A stretch of DNA of 32,000 nucleotides, from the NCBI GenBank assembly GCA_963692945.1, contig OY843585.1, positions 90,001 to 122,000 on the forward strand, read 5' to 3'. The stretch comes from Bdellovibrionales bacterium (GTDB taxonomy: Bacteria > Bdellovibrionota > Bdellovibrionia > Bdellovibrionales > UBA1609). This document shows positions 15,992-24,809 of the stretch, piece after piece. Every line of letters begins with the position of its first letter. Position 1 is the stretch's first letter. A model generated the notes under the pieces. The model was not told where the DNA came from and did not search any database. It saw nothing but the letters and a program-made list of their open reading frames with translations. The position numbers and the translations under genes are program-made.

Positions 15992-17854
15992 ATGATTTTT
16001 CATGGTCAAAATGAAGAATTAGAAATTAAATCCAATAGATCTGCTTTCCAGTTATTGATTGTCATCACAGGATTTTTATTCTTCTCGCTTTTTATTCGTT
16101 TGGTTTATCTTCAAATCCATGAAGGGAAAAATTTTCGCCGTTATTCAGATAGCAATAGATTTAGAAAACAACTCCTAAATGCTCCAAGAGGACTTGTTTT
16201 AGATAGAAATAATAAAATTCTTATTGGTAATAAAAACATTATACAGTTAAAACTCAATTTGAATTACATCTCTAATATTGAAGAAGTCTTAAAAAAAATA
16301 AGTCCTATTATCAATATCCCCGAAGATAAAATAAAAGACAAACTAAAAAAAATAAAGAAAAATTATGGGCACTATCATCCTATAATTATCAAACAATTTC
16401 TCAATTTAAATGAAATTCATAAGTTGAAGCTACTCCATTGGGATTATCCTGGAGTTTATGTGGAAGAATCACACATTAGAATTTACCCACTTAAAGAAAA
16501 TGCTTCTCAAATTTTAGGATATGTTGGTGAAATTTCAAAAAAAGAATTGATAAAATTTAGAAAAGAAAAAATTCCAATTCATTCCTTAGATGTTATAGGT
16601 AAAAGAGGTATTGAGAATATCTATGATTCTTACCTAAAAGGAACTCATGGTTGGAGTTTTGTAGAAGTAGATGCTCTCAATCGCATATCCCCTAAAACAA
16701 TATCTCCTCCTTTTTTCTTAAAAAATAATCCTCAACAAGGAGAAAACATAGTTTTAACACTAGATAGAGATCTACAAGAATTCAGCTATAAAGCAATGAA
16801 TAGAAACGATTCTATTGGAGCTAGAAAAGGTTCTGTTATTGTTATGAAAACCAATGGAGAGATTTTAGCATGGATTAGTCTGCCTAGTTTTGATTCTAAT
16901 ATTTTCTCCATGGAATTAGATGAAAAAGTTTGGCAAGAATTATCAAAAAGTAATTCTAAATCATTTATTAATAAAGGTTTTCAGGAACATTACTCTCCTG
17001 GTTCTACTTTTAAACCTTTTGTAGCTATTGCCGCTTTATCAGAAGGAATCATTTCAAAAGAGACCATGTTAGAATCTCCTAGTCAGTTAAAATTTGGAAA
17101 TCGTATTTTTCACGACCATTCTACTTTTGGACATGGCTCTATCAATGTCGTAACAGCTCTTGCAAAATCAGCCAATACTTTTTTTTATAAAATAGGATCT
17201 GAACTTGGAATAAATAGAATAGAAAAGTATGCAAAGTTATTTGGATTTGGAAGTAAAACAAATATTTATCTAAAAGGAGAAATCAAAGGTTTATTACCTT
17301 CTCCTCTTTGGAAACAAAAAAAATTTAAAAAACCTTGGCTCATCGGTGATACTATCAATACATCTATTGGACAAGGTTCTCTTTTAACAACCCTTCTTCA
17401 ATTGACTGTAGCTTACAATGCTATAGCTACAGAAGGTTTATTAGTAAAACCTTTTCTTGTAAAACAAATTGCCGAACAAACCATTGAACACAACATTAAA
17501 GACACTCTCACAGATCGTATAAATAGAGATCATTTTATAACTATCAAGCAAGGATTACAACAAGTTGTAGAAGGATCTAATGGAACAGCTAGATATTGGA
17601 AAATACCAAGCATACCCTACGGTGGAAAAACAGGAACGGCTCAAGTGATTTCTTTGTCTTCAAAAAAATGCAAAGACTTACCTAGAAAGCATAGACATCA
17701 TGGTCTTTTCATAGGAGCAGCTCCTATCCAAAAACCAAAAATTATTGTATCTATTTTAACAGAACATTCTTGTTTTGGCTCTTTAGGTTCAGTACCTATT
17801 GCTAGAGATATTATTAAATACTACATGACAAAAAACAAAGAGGAAAACAAATGA
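15992..17854 (+). CDS. mrdA: Penicillin-binding protein 2 (elongasome transpeptidase)
   Basis: The protein has an N-terminal TM helix and a PBP dimerisation domain. The transpeptidase motifs are STFK (in SPGSTFKP), SAN (in KSANTFF) and KTGTA. Confidence 0.95.
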   Translation: MIFHGQNEELEIKSNRSAFQLLIVITGFLFFSLFIRLVYLQIHEGKNFRRYSDSNRFRKQLLNAPRGLVLDRNNKILIGNKNIIQLKLNLNYISNIEEVLKKISPIINIPEDKIKDKLKKIKKNYGHYHPIIIKQFLNLNEIHKLKLLHWDYPGVYVEESHIRIYPLKENASQILGYVGEISKKELIKFRKEKIPIHSLDVIGKRGIENIYDSYLKGTHGWSFVEVDALNRISPKTISPPFFLKNNPQQGENIVLTLDRDLQEFSYKAMNRNDSIGARKGSVIVMKTNGEILAWISLPSFDSNIFSMELDEKVWQELSKSNSKSFINKGFQEHYSPGSTFKPFVAIAALSEGIISKETMLESPSQLKFGNRIFHDHSTFGHGSINVVTALAKSANTFFYKIGSELGINRIEKYAKLFGFGSKTNIYLKGEIKGLLPSPLWKQKKFKKPWLIGDTINTSIGQGSLLTTLLQLTVAYNAIATEGLLVKPFLVKQIAEQTIEHNIKDTLTDRINRDHFITIKQGLQQVVEGSNGTARYWKIPSIPYGGKTGTAQVISLSSKKCKDLPRKHRHHGLFIGAAPIQKPKIIVSILTEHSCFGSLGSVPIARDIIKYYMTKNKEENK

Positions 17855-18993
17855 TTATTTACCATTTGATTTCAAATTATTTTAAAAAAACAGGTCTCGT
17901 ATTCCTAACACTTATTTTAAGTTTACAGATCATTGGACTTTTATCTCTTTACAGTGCTACTCATGGAGCCTATGTAGAAAATGTATTTTTATTTAAACAA
18001 CAAATCTTATGGCTAAGCTTAGGTTGGATTATTTTTTTTACAATCAGTCATATCAACAAATCCATCCTTTCTAAATCTATTTGGCCAATTTATATTCTTC
18101 ATATTGTTTTTTTAATTCTTACACTGGTCATAGGAAGTGAAATTTTTCATGCGAAAAGATGGATTGACCTAGGATTATTTAATTATCAACCATCAGAAAC
18201 TTTAAAATTTGTTATGGTTCTATTCATAGCTCAACAACTTGCTAAAAGAAAATTACGAACACCTCTTAATTTAAAAGAGCTGTTAATATACAGTAGTTTT
18301 ATTTTTATTCCTATTCTAATAATTTTAAATCAACCGGATTTAGGAACAGCAGGTATTATTCTTTTAATACTTGCTTTAATGATCTTATTTAACGGAATAA
18401 AAAAGAAAATTTTTCTAATTTTAGTTATAATTTCTCTTACTAGTTTTCCTATTGCATGGAATTTTATTTTAAAACCTTATCAAAAATCTAGAATCACAAC
18501 CTTTCTTCAACCAGGAAAAGATCCTAGGGGCAGTGGATACAATATCATTCAATCTAAAGTGGCAATAGGAAGTGGGCAATTTTTTGGAAAAGGATTTGGT
18601 AAAGGAACGCAAAACCGTCTTCAATTTTTACCAGAAAGACATACGGATTTTATTTTTAGTGTTTTAAGTGAAGAGTATGGCCTACTAGGTAGCACACTGA
18701 CTTTAGTCTTATTTTTTCTTTTAATTATCTATATATTCAAGCTCGCCTCTCTTTCAAGAAATCGTTTAAATTGTTACTTTTGTATAGGAGCTGGTTCCTT
18801 CTTTCTATGTCATGTGATATTAAATATCGCAATGACTATAGGACTTTTCCCTGTCGTAGGAGCTCCACTTCCACTTCTATCTTATGGAGGATCTCATATT
18901 CTTACTTCCATGGCTTTTTTAGGACTTATAGCTTCCATAAATAGAAGAAAAGATTTTTTTACTACTCAAGAGATTTATAATAAAATATTTTAG
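17851..18993 (+). CDS. rodA: SEDS peptidoglycan glycosyltransferase RodA
   Basis: An ATGA overlap links it to mrdA. It is polytopic and carries the SEDS/FtsW-RodA motifs NQPDLGTA, LPERHTDFIFSVLSEE and PLPLLSYGGS. Confidence 0.95.
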   Translation: MIIYHLISNYFKKTGLVFLTLILSLQIIGLLSLYSATHGAYVENVFLFKQQILWLSLGWIIFFTISHINKSILSKSIWPIYILHIVFLILTLVIGSEIFHAKRWIDLGLFNYQPSETLKFVMVLFIAQQLAKRKLRTPLNLKELLIYSSFIFIPILIILNQPDLGTAGIILLILALMILFNGIKKKIFLILVIISLTSFPIAWNFILKPYQKSRITTFLQPGKDPRGSGYNIIQSKVAIGSGQFFGKGFGKGTQNRLQFLPERHTDFIFSVLSEEYGLLGSTLTLVLFFLLIIYIFKLASLSRNRLNCYFCIGAGSFFLCHVILNIAMTIGLFPVVGAPLPLLSYGGSHILTSMAFLGLIASINRRKDFFTTQEIYNKIF

Positions 18994-19829
18994 TGAAGAT
19001 TCGATTTTTATTTCTTTGTAGTTTTTTTACCCTAACAGCCTGTCAAATAGGATACGTCCCCATAGATCTTCATCATCAAATTCAATCACAAAATATAAGC
19101 CTCTATAACGCTGAACTAAAAAATTGTACTTTTCATCCTCAATCTCGCATTGTTCATTTTCCCATGTATCACTACCCTGTAAGTGGAAACTATGATGAAA
19201 TCGTTTTTGATCAAACTAGCAAATCTCAATTCCAACTTCTTCGCACTATTTTAGCTTATGCACCTAATATCTCTGTCTTTGATGAAAGTGTAACTTCAGA
19301 TAACTTCGATCAATATTTTATAGATAGCCTTAAACGAGGACATTCTAAAGGAACTTTTTCTACATTGAGCGGAGAAAAGTTTCACTACTCAGAAATGTAC
19401 AAACAAGCCTATACTTTATTTGGAAATGGGATTCCCATGTATTACGAGCATTTATCACAAGAACAAAAAGCATACCTGTTTCAGTTTGGAGCTTCCTATA
19501 CTCTCTTTTTTTTAGAATTAATACCTGAAGTGCACAAAGTGATATCCACACAAGACTTTAATCTAGTGAAAGCAAATGTTCGAGATCCCACGACTGGTCA
19601 AATCAATGACGAAGATCCAAATAATGCTTATTGGATTCTTCATTTTAGAGAGCAAAAATTAAGAGAAGAGGTTTTAAAACTTTACTTGAATACATCATCT
19701 AACAATCTTATTTTAATTGCCTACGGAGCCAATCATAACTTTTCAGATGATTTTCTAGGTTATCCTTTTGAAGCAGGAACTTTTTGCCTGAATTGGCTAC
19801 CTCGTTCTTTTCAGATCACTCCTTCTTAA
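18993..19829 (+). CDS. Lipoprotein of unknown function, possibly TraB/GumN/TIKI-like
   Basis: The GTG start shares one nucleotide with the rodA TAG stop. The signal peptide is MKIRFLFLCSFFTLTAC (a lipobox). IVHFPMYHYP, ISVFDESV and FREQKLREEV followed by LILIAYGANHNF resemble the two GxxH-type motifs plus the ER(D/E) motif of that superfamily. Confidence 0.5.
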   Translation: MKIRFLFLCSFFTLTACQIGYVPIDLHHQIQSQNISLYNAELKNCTFHPQSRIVHFPMYHYPVSGNYDEIVFDQTSKSQFQLLRTILAYAPNISVFDESVTSDNFDQYFIDSLKRGHSKGTFSTLSGEKFHYSEMYKQAYTLFGNGIPMYYEHLSQEQKAYLFQFGASYTLFFLELIPEVHKVISTQDFNLVKANVRDPTTGQINDEDPNNAYWILHFREQKLREEVLKLYLNTSSNNLILIAYGANHNFSDDFLGYPFEAGTFCLNWLPRSFQITPS

Positions 19830-19839
19830 AAACCACTCT

Positions 19840-19860
19840 CCTTCTAAGATAGAAGGTTTT
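19840..19860 (+). terminator. Intrinsic terminator after the mreC-rodA-lipoprotein operon
   Basis: CCTTCT-aagat-AGAAGG is followed by TTTT and begins 11 nt after the stop codon. Confidence 0.55.
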
Positions 19861-19879
19861 GATCTTATCCTCTAGAATT

Positions 19880-19908
19880 ATAAATATTTTTTTATAAAAA
19901 ATATTTAT
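19880..19908. promoter_or_regulatory. Perfect 13-bp-arm palindrome (operator or promoter candidate)
   Basis: ATAAATATTTTTT-tat-AAAAAATATTTAT lies 20-30 nt upstream of the start of the receiver/J-domain gene. It consists entirely of A and T. Confidence 0.3.
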
Positions 19909-19927
19909 TTTTTTCATATTCTAACCG

Positions 19928-21814
19928 ATGAATCTTATAATGAAAATACTTATTATAGAAGATAATACAGCTCTTAAAGAATCTCTAAGTCATTCACTCA
20001 CAACTCAAGGGTGGGAGATCACTACAGCTTCTTCTTATAAAGAAGCACTCATATTCATTGATAAAGATTTTGACTTTTATGTGATTGATATTTTATTGCC
20101 TGACAACAAAGGTTATGAATTACTCAATCATTTCAACAAAAAAAAATCATCTCAATTTATTTTCATCAGTGGATTTTTTGACCTACCTTCTATTTTAAAA
20201 TATATACCAAGCGAACATCAAAGCTCATGTTCTTTCCTAAAAAAACCTTTTGATCTGAATGAATTATTAGAACAAATAAATAAATTAACAAAAGAAGCTT
20301 CTAAATCCAATTTTGAATCTGATGACCCACATAGAACCTTCAAGTCTTTTCTACCTAAATCTAAAACTTTTGATATTCACAAACTAACTTCTATTTTATT
20401 TTTAGCTCTTAAATTTAAATTCTCAGGTGTTTTAGAACTCCATCTAAATAATAAACAAAAACATCTCATTGAAATGACTGACGGGTTTGTAAATAAAATC
20501 ATCTCTGAAGATATGGAATCTTATTTTGGAATTTTGTTAGTAGAACATGGTCTTTCCCGACAGGAAGATATCCAAAAAATCTTAGACAATAATAACAATA
20601 AATATATAGGGGAACAATTAGTGAATAAATCCCTCTTAAGCCCTCATATGTTAAATTTTATACTCAAAGAACAAATTAAAATAAGACTGACTCAAATCAT
20701 GTCTCATTTATCTTTTTCTGTAAATATCTCTGAAGAGCAAATGAATCAAAAAGAATCTGATGCTACACTTCCAAGCTTTAATGAGCAAGATCTCATAGAA
20801 TGGACAATTGACATTTTAAAAACAAAAATAAAAGACTCTTTTCTAGAATCTTTCTATATAAAAAATAAATATAATTTTTTAAAAGCCAATCATAATATTC
20901 AACAAAGTATTTTTCATAATAAAGACTTTATAGAAAAATATAATAATTTTTTTAAAAAAATCACAAAAGATATGACTTTTGAAAAACTTATGAAAGATTT
21001 AAAAAAAACAAGAGAACATTTAGAATTTATCTATTTTGGATTTTTAACAGAATCCATCACTATCCTTACAACTGAAACAAAAGAAAACAATAAAAAAACA
21101 GAAGTCCTTATCAATCATATTCTTCAAAACAAGACAGATGATTTGTTTCAAATTTTAAATATTCCTTGGAAATCCTCTAAAGAAGAAGTAGAGAAAAGCT
21201 ATAAAAAATTAATACAACAGATACATCCTGATAAAGTACCTCCAAACTCTTCAAAACAATTAACGAATCGATACAAAGAGGCTTTTCAAAAAATACAAGA
21301 AAGTTACAAAATACTATCCAACACAAATGAAAGAGAAGTTTATTTAAAAAATCAAGAAGGCAACTCTTTTCTAAATATTTTATCTATCTATGAAAAAGGA
21401 ACAAATTTAATTAAGTCTGGAAAATTTGAAGCAGGATTAAATACATTAAAAGCAATTGAAAACAACGTACACACACCAGGCAACTCTTTTTTATATATGT
21501 TATGGGCAAAAATACAATTAGCAGGCGATATTCATAATAATAAAGAAAAAGCAGGTTCTCTTAAACGAGAAATAGAAAAATGTCCTATAGATCAAAGAGT
21601 ATCTCCTTTATTTTGGTTTATAACTGGTCTCTATTATAAAAACACTCGTAACTATGAAAAAGCTCTCATTTTATTTAAAAAAACAGTTCAGTTAAAAAAA
21701 GATTTTAGAGAAGCTCATCAAGCCATTACAATGACTCAAATAAAAATGAAAAAAGAACTAAAAAAGAATAATAACAATCTATTCACTCGCTTTTTAAACA
21801 AAAAATCAAGTTAA
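19928..21814 (+). CDS. Multidomain protein: receiver domain, DUF4388-like region, J domain (DnaJ) and TPR-like repeats
   Basis: The receiver domain is canonical: MKILIIEDN (the alternative start ATG at 19940 gives exactly this), FYVIDILLPD, FIFISG and LKKPFD. A central segment, FSGVLELHLNNKQKHLIEMTDGFV, resembles DUF4388. The J domain reads DLFQILNIPWKSSKEEVEKSYKKLIQQIHPDK (HPD motif). The C-terminal helical repeats are TPR-like. Confidence 0.7.
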   Translation: MNLIMKILIIEDNTALKESLSHSLTTQGWEITTASSYKEALIFIDKDFDFYVIDILLPDNKGYELLNHFNKKKSSQFIFISGFFDLPSILKYIPSEHQSSCSFLKKPFDLNELLEQINKLTKEASKSNFESDDPHRTFKSFLPKSKTFDIHKLTSILFLALKFKFSGVLELHLNNKQKHLIEMTDGFVNKIISEDMESYFGILLVEHGLSRQEDIQKILDNNNNKYIGEQLVNKSLLSPHMLNFILKEQIKIRLTQIMSHLSFSVNISEEQMNQKESDATLPSFNEQDLIEWTIDILKTKIKDSFLESFYIKNKYNFLKANHNIQQSIFHNKDFIEKYNNFFKKITKDMTFEKLMKDLKKTREHLEFIYFGFLTESITILTTETKENNKKTEVLINHILQNKTDDLFQILNIPWKSSKEEVEKSYKKLIQQIHPDKVPPNSSKQLTNRYKEAFQKIQESYKILSNTNEREVYLKNQEGNSFLNILSIYEKGTNLIKSGKFEAGLNTLKAIENNVHTPGNSFLYMLWAKIQLAGDIHNNKEKAGSLKREIEKCPIDQRVSPLFWFITGLYYKNTRNYEKALILFKKTVQLKKDFREAHQAITMTQIKMKKELKKNNNNLFTRFLNKKSS

Positions 21815-22705
21815 GAGATTCTCCCTTTGTTTTTCATAAGACAAACTTTCAATTAAAAGAGAAATATCCATATGATCTCTCAATAAAAAAGCTCCATCAT
21901 ATAAAAGCTGTAAATTTCCTGTAAACATTGTTGATAAAATAGGACCTGGTAAAACAGAAACTGGCACCCCGAAATCTAAAGCCTTTTTAGCAGTCAGCAT
22001 AGTCCCACTACGAATTTGAGCTTGCATAACTACAACCAATCTAGAGTAACAAGCCATCAATCTATTTCTTATATGAAAAAAAGATTTATACATGGACTGG
22101 TAAGGTGAAAAACAACTTATAAAAGAACCTCCTCCATCTAAAATATCTTTTTTTAGATGATACAAATTAGAAGGATAAAAATGATCTAAACCTGAAGGTA
22201 AAAAACAAACTGTGGGAGTGCCTGATCTTATAGCTATAGAATGAGCTTTTTGATCAATACCTCTTGCTCCTCCACTCACTATACATATATCTTTTTCTTG
22301 GACTATTTTAGGCATATAAAAATCCATCCAATTAAGAATATGGCTATCACTTTTACGACTACCTACAAAAGTGATAGGGAAGTGTTTTTTATGCAGATTA
22401 GACTCTCCTATATAAGTCAATATAGGAGGATATTTAAAAGAAGAGGAAAAAATATCAGGATAGTCCTCTTTACCTGGCCAACTTATTTTATAAGAACTTT
22501 TTTTACAATGTCTATAATCTTTTTCAGCTTGCTTCCACCAATCTTTATTGTGTCTTAAAAATTCTCTTGTTTCTAAATTAGAAATTATAGAAGAAATATT
22601 TTCTGGAGTTTTTATATTTCCTGTTTTTAAATTTTTAAAATCTTCTGTTGAGACTTTACAACCCTGAAAAGAAAGAAAAGATAGATAAGCTTCTAAAACC
22701 ATCAT
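21806..22705 (-). CDS. dprA: DNA-processing protein DprA (Smf)
   Basis: FVGSRKSD, IVSGGARGIDQKAHSIAI, HIRNRLMA, AQIRSGTMLTAKKALDFGVPVSVLPG form the DprA Rossmann-domain pattern. Confidence 0.85.
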   Translation of the reverse strand: MMVLEAYLSFLSFQGCKVSTEDFKNLKTGNIKTPENISSIISNLETREFLRHNKDWWKQAEKDYRHCKKSSYKISWPGKEDYPDIFSSSFKYPPILTYIGESNLHKKHFPITFVGSRKSDSHILNWMDFYMPKIVQEKDICIVSGGARGIDQKAHSIAIRSGTPTVCFLPSGLDHFYPSNLYHLKKDILDGGGSFISCFSPYQSMYKSFFHIRNRLMACYSRLVVVMQAQIRSGTMLTAKKALDFGVPVSVLPGPILSTMFTGNLQLLYDGAFLLRDHMDISLLIESLSYEKQRENLLT

Positions 22706-22852
22706 AGACTTCTTAGCAAAAAAAACACCTGTAAAAGAGCCTCAAAAAAAAGTTTTAGAAACCCATTTTGCCAAAATGTCTGAATACCGAATTTTTGAAA
22801 CGAAATGAAACAGTTTAAAGGACTTCAGAAACTGATTTTTAAAAAGTTTTTA

Positions 22853-22888
22853 GGTAAAAAAAGAGGCTTAACAAAAGTTAAGCCTCTT
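22853..22888 (-). terminator. Strong intrinsic terminator after the small lipoprotein gene
   Basis: The minus strand reads AAGAGGCTTAAC-tttt-GTTAAGCCTCTT, a 12-bp perfect stem, running into a T-run (TTTTTTT). It begins about 30 nt past the stop codon. Confidence 0.75.
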
Positions 22889-22919
22889 ACACATAAATAA
22901 AATTCTATACCGGTTAGTA

Positions 22920-23348
22920 TTAGGTTCCTGGAGGACCTCCAGTTCGTGGTCCTGGTCCCTTTACTGCAGGAGTAATGGTCGTAGTAGTGTCACCTTCTTT
23001 TAAAGGCGACGGCGATACTTCTATTGGAAGTGTTGGTGTTGGTTTTGGTGTCCGTCCCAGCTTACAAGGGTTTTCTATTTCTTCCACCTTTAATAAATCG
23101 CTTCCTAAAATACTATAGTTAGCCGGTGGGTATTCCTTACCTTCACCACCTACAGATTTTCCAGAACTATCAGCGATTGTTAGCGGAAAATCTCCAATAA
23201 CACCAAAGAAATCAACATATTCAACACAAAAACGAGCTGCAACAGTATCTCCATTTACCTTGACTTCTACATCTGTAGAATTTTTAACTGTATAAGTATT
23301 ACAAGATGTAAGACCTACAGCAGATAAAATAAATAATATTTTTTTCAT
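22920..23348 (-). CDS. Small lipoprotein with Pro/Thr/Gly-rich C-terminal tail
   Basis: The track ORF extends to 23444. The ATG at 23346-23348 is preceded by a GGAGGTG Shine-Dalgarno sequence and gives MKKILFILSAVGLTSC (a lipobox). The tail reads PKPTPTLPIEVSPSP...GPGPRTGGPPGT. Confidence 0.6.
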   Translation of the reverse strand: MKKILFILSAVGLTSCNTYTVKNSTDVEVKVNGDTVAARFCVEYVDFFGVIGDFPLTIADSSGKSVGGEGKEYPPANYSILGSDLLKVEEIENPCKLGRTPKPTPTLPIEVSPSPLKEGDTTTTITPAVKGPGPRTGGPPGT

Positions 23349-23381
23349 AACACCTCCATGAAAAATATTTTTACTCTTATA

Positions 23382-23411
23382 AAAATAGCCTTTAACAAAA
23401 AGCAATGTCAA
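23382..23411 (-). promoter_or_regulatory. Candidate sigma70-type promoter for the small lipoprotein gene
   Basis: The minus strand has TTGACA (complement of 23406-23411), an 18-nt spacer, then TATTTT (complement of 23382-23387). The leader carries the GGAGGTG Shine-Dalgarno sequence. Confidence 0.4.
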
Positions 23412-23592
23412 GTTCCCCCCTAAACCTATCTCAACTAAGCTCATCTCAAGTCCTAAAAGGACCTACATTATAACTAATAAAATGGTTCTATTAGATTTTT
23501 GGATTAAAACAATCCTCTACTTTCATCTTGGTTATGGTTAAATCCAAAGACCTCTTCTGGCTAAATCTCTCATTTTTTTTTAGATTTAATTT

Positions 23593-24768
23593 ATGCCATT
23601 CTTATTTAAATCCTTAAAGAAACCAGACTCTATTAAAGAAATAGATTGGAATAACTGGAAGTGGCAACTGAAACATCTTACAAATCCTTATCCTTCACTA
23701 AATGATCTCAATTTTATAGCAGGAGCAACTCCTTATTACTGTAAGTTAGTGGAATCCTCTACAGAAAGTAACCTCAAACAAATTATAAAACCAGAAATAA
23801 AAGAAACTTTATCTGGTACCCAATCTATGGAAGATCCCTTAGGAGAAGAAAAACATTCTCCCACTCAAAATATTATACATCGTTATCCAGATCGCGTTTT
23901 ATTTTTAGTCACTGACACCTGTGGTGTCTATTGTAGATATTGCACAAGAAAAAGATTCACAGGAAAAAAACAATCTTTTGTCTCAAAAATCAACTATGAA
24001 AAATCATTATCTTATATAAAAAATAATTTAGGAATTAGAGAGGTGATCTTATCAGGAGGTGACCCCTTAACTTTGTCTGATACCATTTTAGAAAATATTT
24101 TAAAGGATTTAAGAAGAATTAACCATATAGAGATTATACGAATTGCCAGCAGAATGCCTGTGGTATGCCCTATGAGATTCACTTCCTCCCTTATTCAAAT
24201 TCTAAAAAATCACAACCCTCTTTTTCTCCTTACTCATTTCAATCACCCTGATGAAATAACAAAAGAAACGGCTGAAACTTTAAACTCTATTGCCGATTCT
24301 GGTATTTTAATTTTTAATCAAACCGTTCTTCTTAACGGAATCAATAATCACCCTATACTCATACAAGCTTTAATGCGAAGACTTCTTTACCTAAGAGTGA
24401 AGCCTTATTACCTATTTCAGTGTGACCCTTCAAAAGGCAGTGATCATTTTAAAACTTCTATTGAAAATTCTAAGTGGATACAAAAAGAACTATGGGGTTA
24501 TTTATCTGGTTTAGCTCTTCCTCATCTTTCTGTGGATATACCTGGAGGTGGAGGAAAAGTTCCTATTGTCCCAGATTTCTCACAAAATAAAACACAAACG
24601 GGTTGGACTTATGAAGGTTGGGATGGAATTGTAAAAAATTACGAAAATCCTGAATCTAGACACTTAGAAACTCCCAAAGGTCTTGAACTTTATGAGGAAG
24701 AATGGCTGAATCTAAAAAATCAAAAATATAGCTCTACAAAAAAAGGCTCTCATAAGGATATTTCCTAA
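23593..24768 (+). CDS. kamA: Lysine 2,3-aminomutase family radical-SAM enzyme
   Basis: The N-terminus has WNNWKWQL. The cluster motif is CGVYCRYCTRKRF (CxxxCxxC). Other matches are LSGGDPL and THFNHPDEIT. DIPGGGGKVP matches the PLP-lysine region of KamA. Confidence 0.85.
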   Translation: MPFLFKSLKKPDSIKEIDWNNWKWQLKHLTNPYPSLNDLNFIAGATPYYCKLVESSTESNLKQIIKPEIKETLSGTQSMEDPLGEEKHSPTQNIIHRYPDRVLFLVTDTCGVYCRYCTRKRFTGKKQSFVSKINYEKSLSYIKNNLGIREVILSGGDPLTLSDTILENILKDLRRINHIEIIRIASRMPVVCPMRFTSSLIQILKNHNPLFLLTHFNHPDEITKETAETLNSIADSGILIFNQTVLLNGINNHPILIQALMRRLLYLRVKPYYLFQCDPSKGSDHFKTSIENSKWIQKELWGYLSGLALPHLSVDIPGGGGKVPIVPDFSQNKTQTGWTYEGWDGIVKNYENPESRHLETPKGLELYEEEWLNLKNQKYSSTKKGSHKDIS

Positions 24769-24809
24769 AAAACTTCAACTCCTCTTTGATTTTATCCGAT
24801 AAAGTAATT

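Noticed and set aside
22241-22558. A 105-aa plus-strand ORF inside dprA. Similar antisense or alternate-frame ORFs in the track are 1489-1695, 4913-5104, 5898-6179, 6763-6954, 9104-9298, 11706-11930, 13840-14097, 14998-15201, 19360-19551, 25071-25265, 28229-28477 and 29202-29423.
   Set aside because: Each lies entirely within a longer ORF that has strong family motifs. Their translations are low-complexity or hydrophobic with no recognisable motif and no Shine-Dalgarno sequence. A handful of ORFs this size are expected by chance, so I treat them as spurious.
22758-22774. Sigma54-like TGGCA-N-TTTC element on the minus strand upstream of dprA.
   Set aside because: The spacing is off by one and the -12 element reads TTTC instead of TTGC. 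No enhancer-binding protein is nearby, so the match is too weak.
22928-22942. The palindrome CTGGAGG-a-CCTCCAG at the 3' end of the small lipoprotein gene.
   Set aside because: It is explained by complementary Gly (GGN) and Pro (CCN) codons encoding GGPPG. The 1-nt spacer cannot form a stable hairpin, and a strong canonical terminator follows at 22853-22888.
23349-23592. Looked for a lysine riboswitch (L-box) or other leader structure in the long 244-bp region upstream of kamA.
   Set aside because: The region is AT-rich and contains only short 4-5 bp hairpins (GTCC/GGAC, GGATT/AATCC). I see none of the conserved GC-rich L-box helices. An Rfam scan would settle it.
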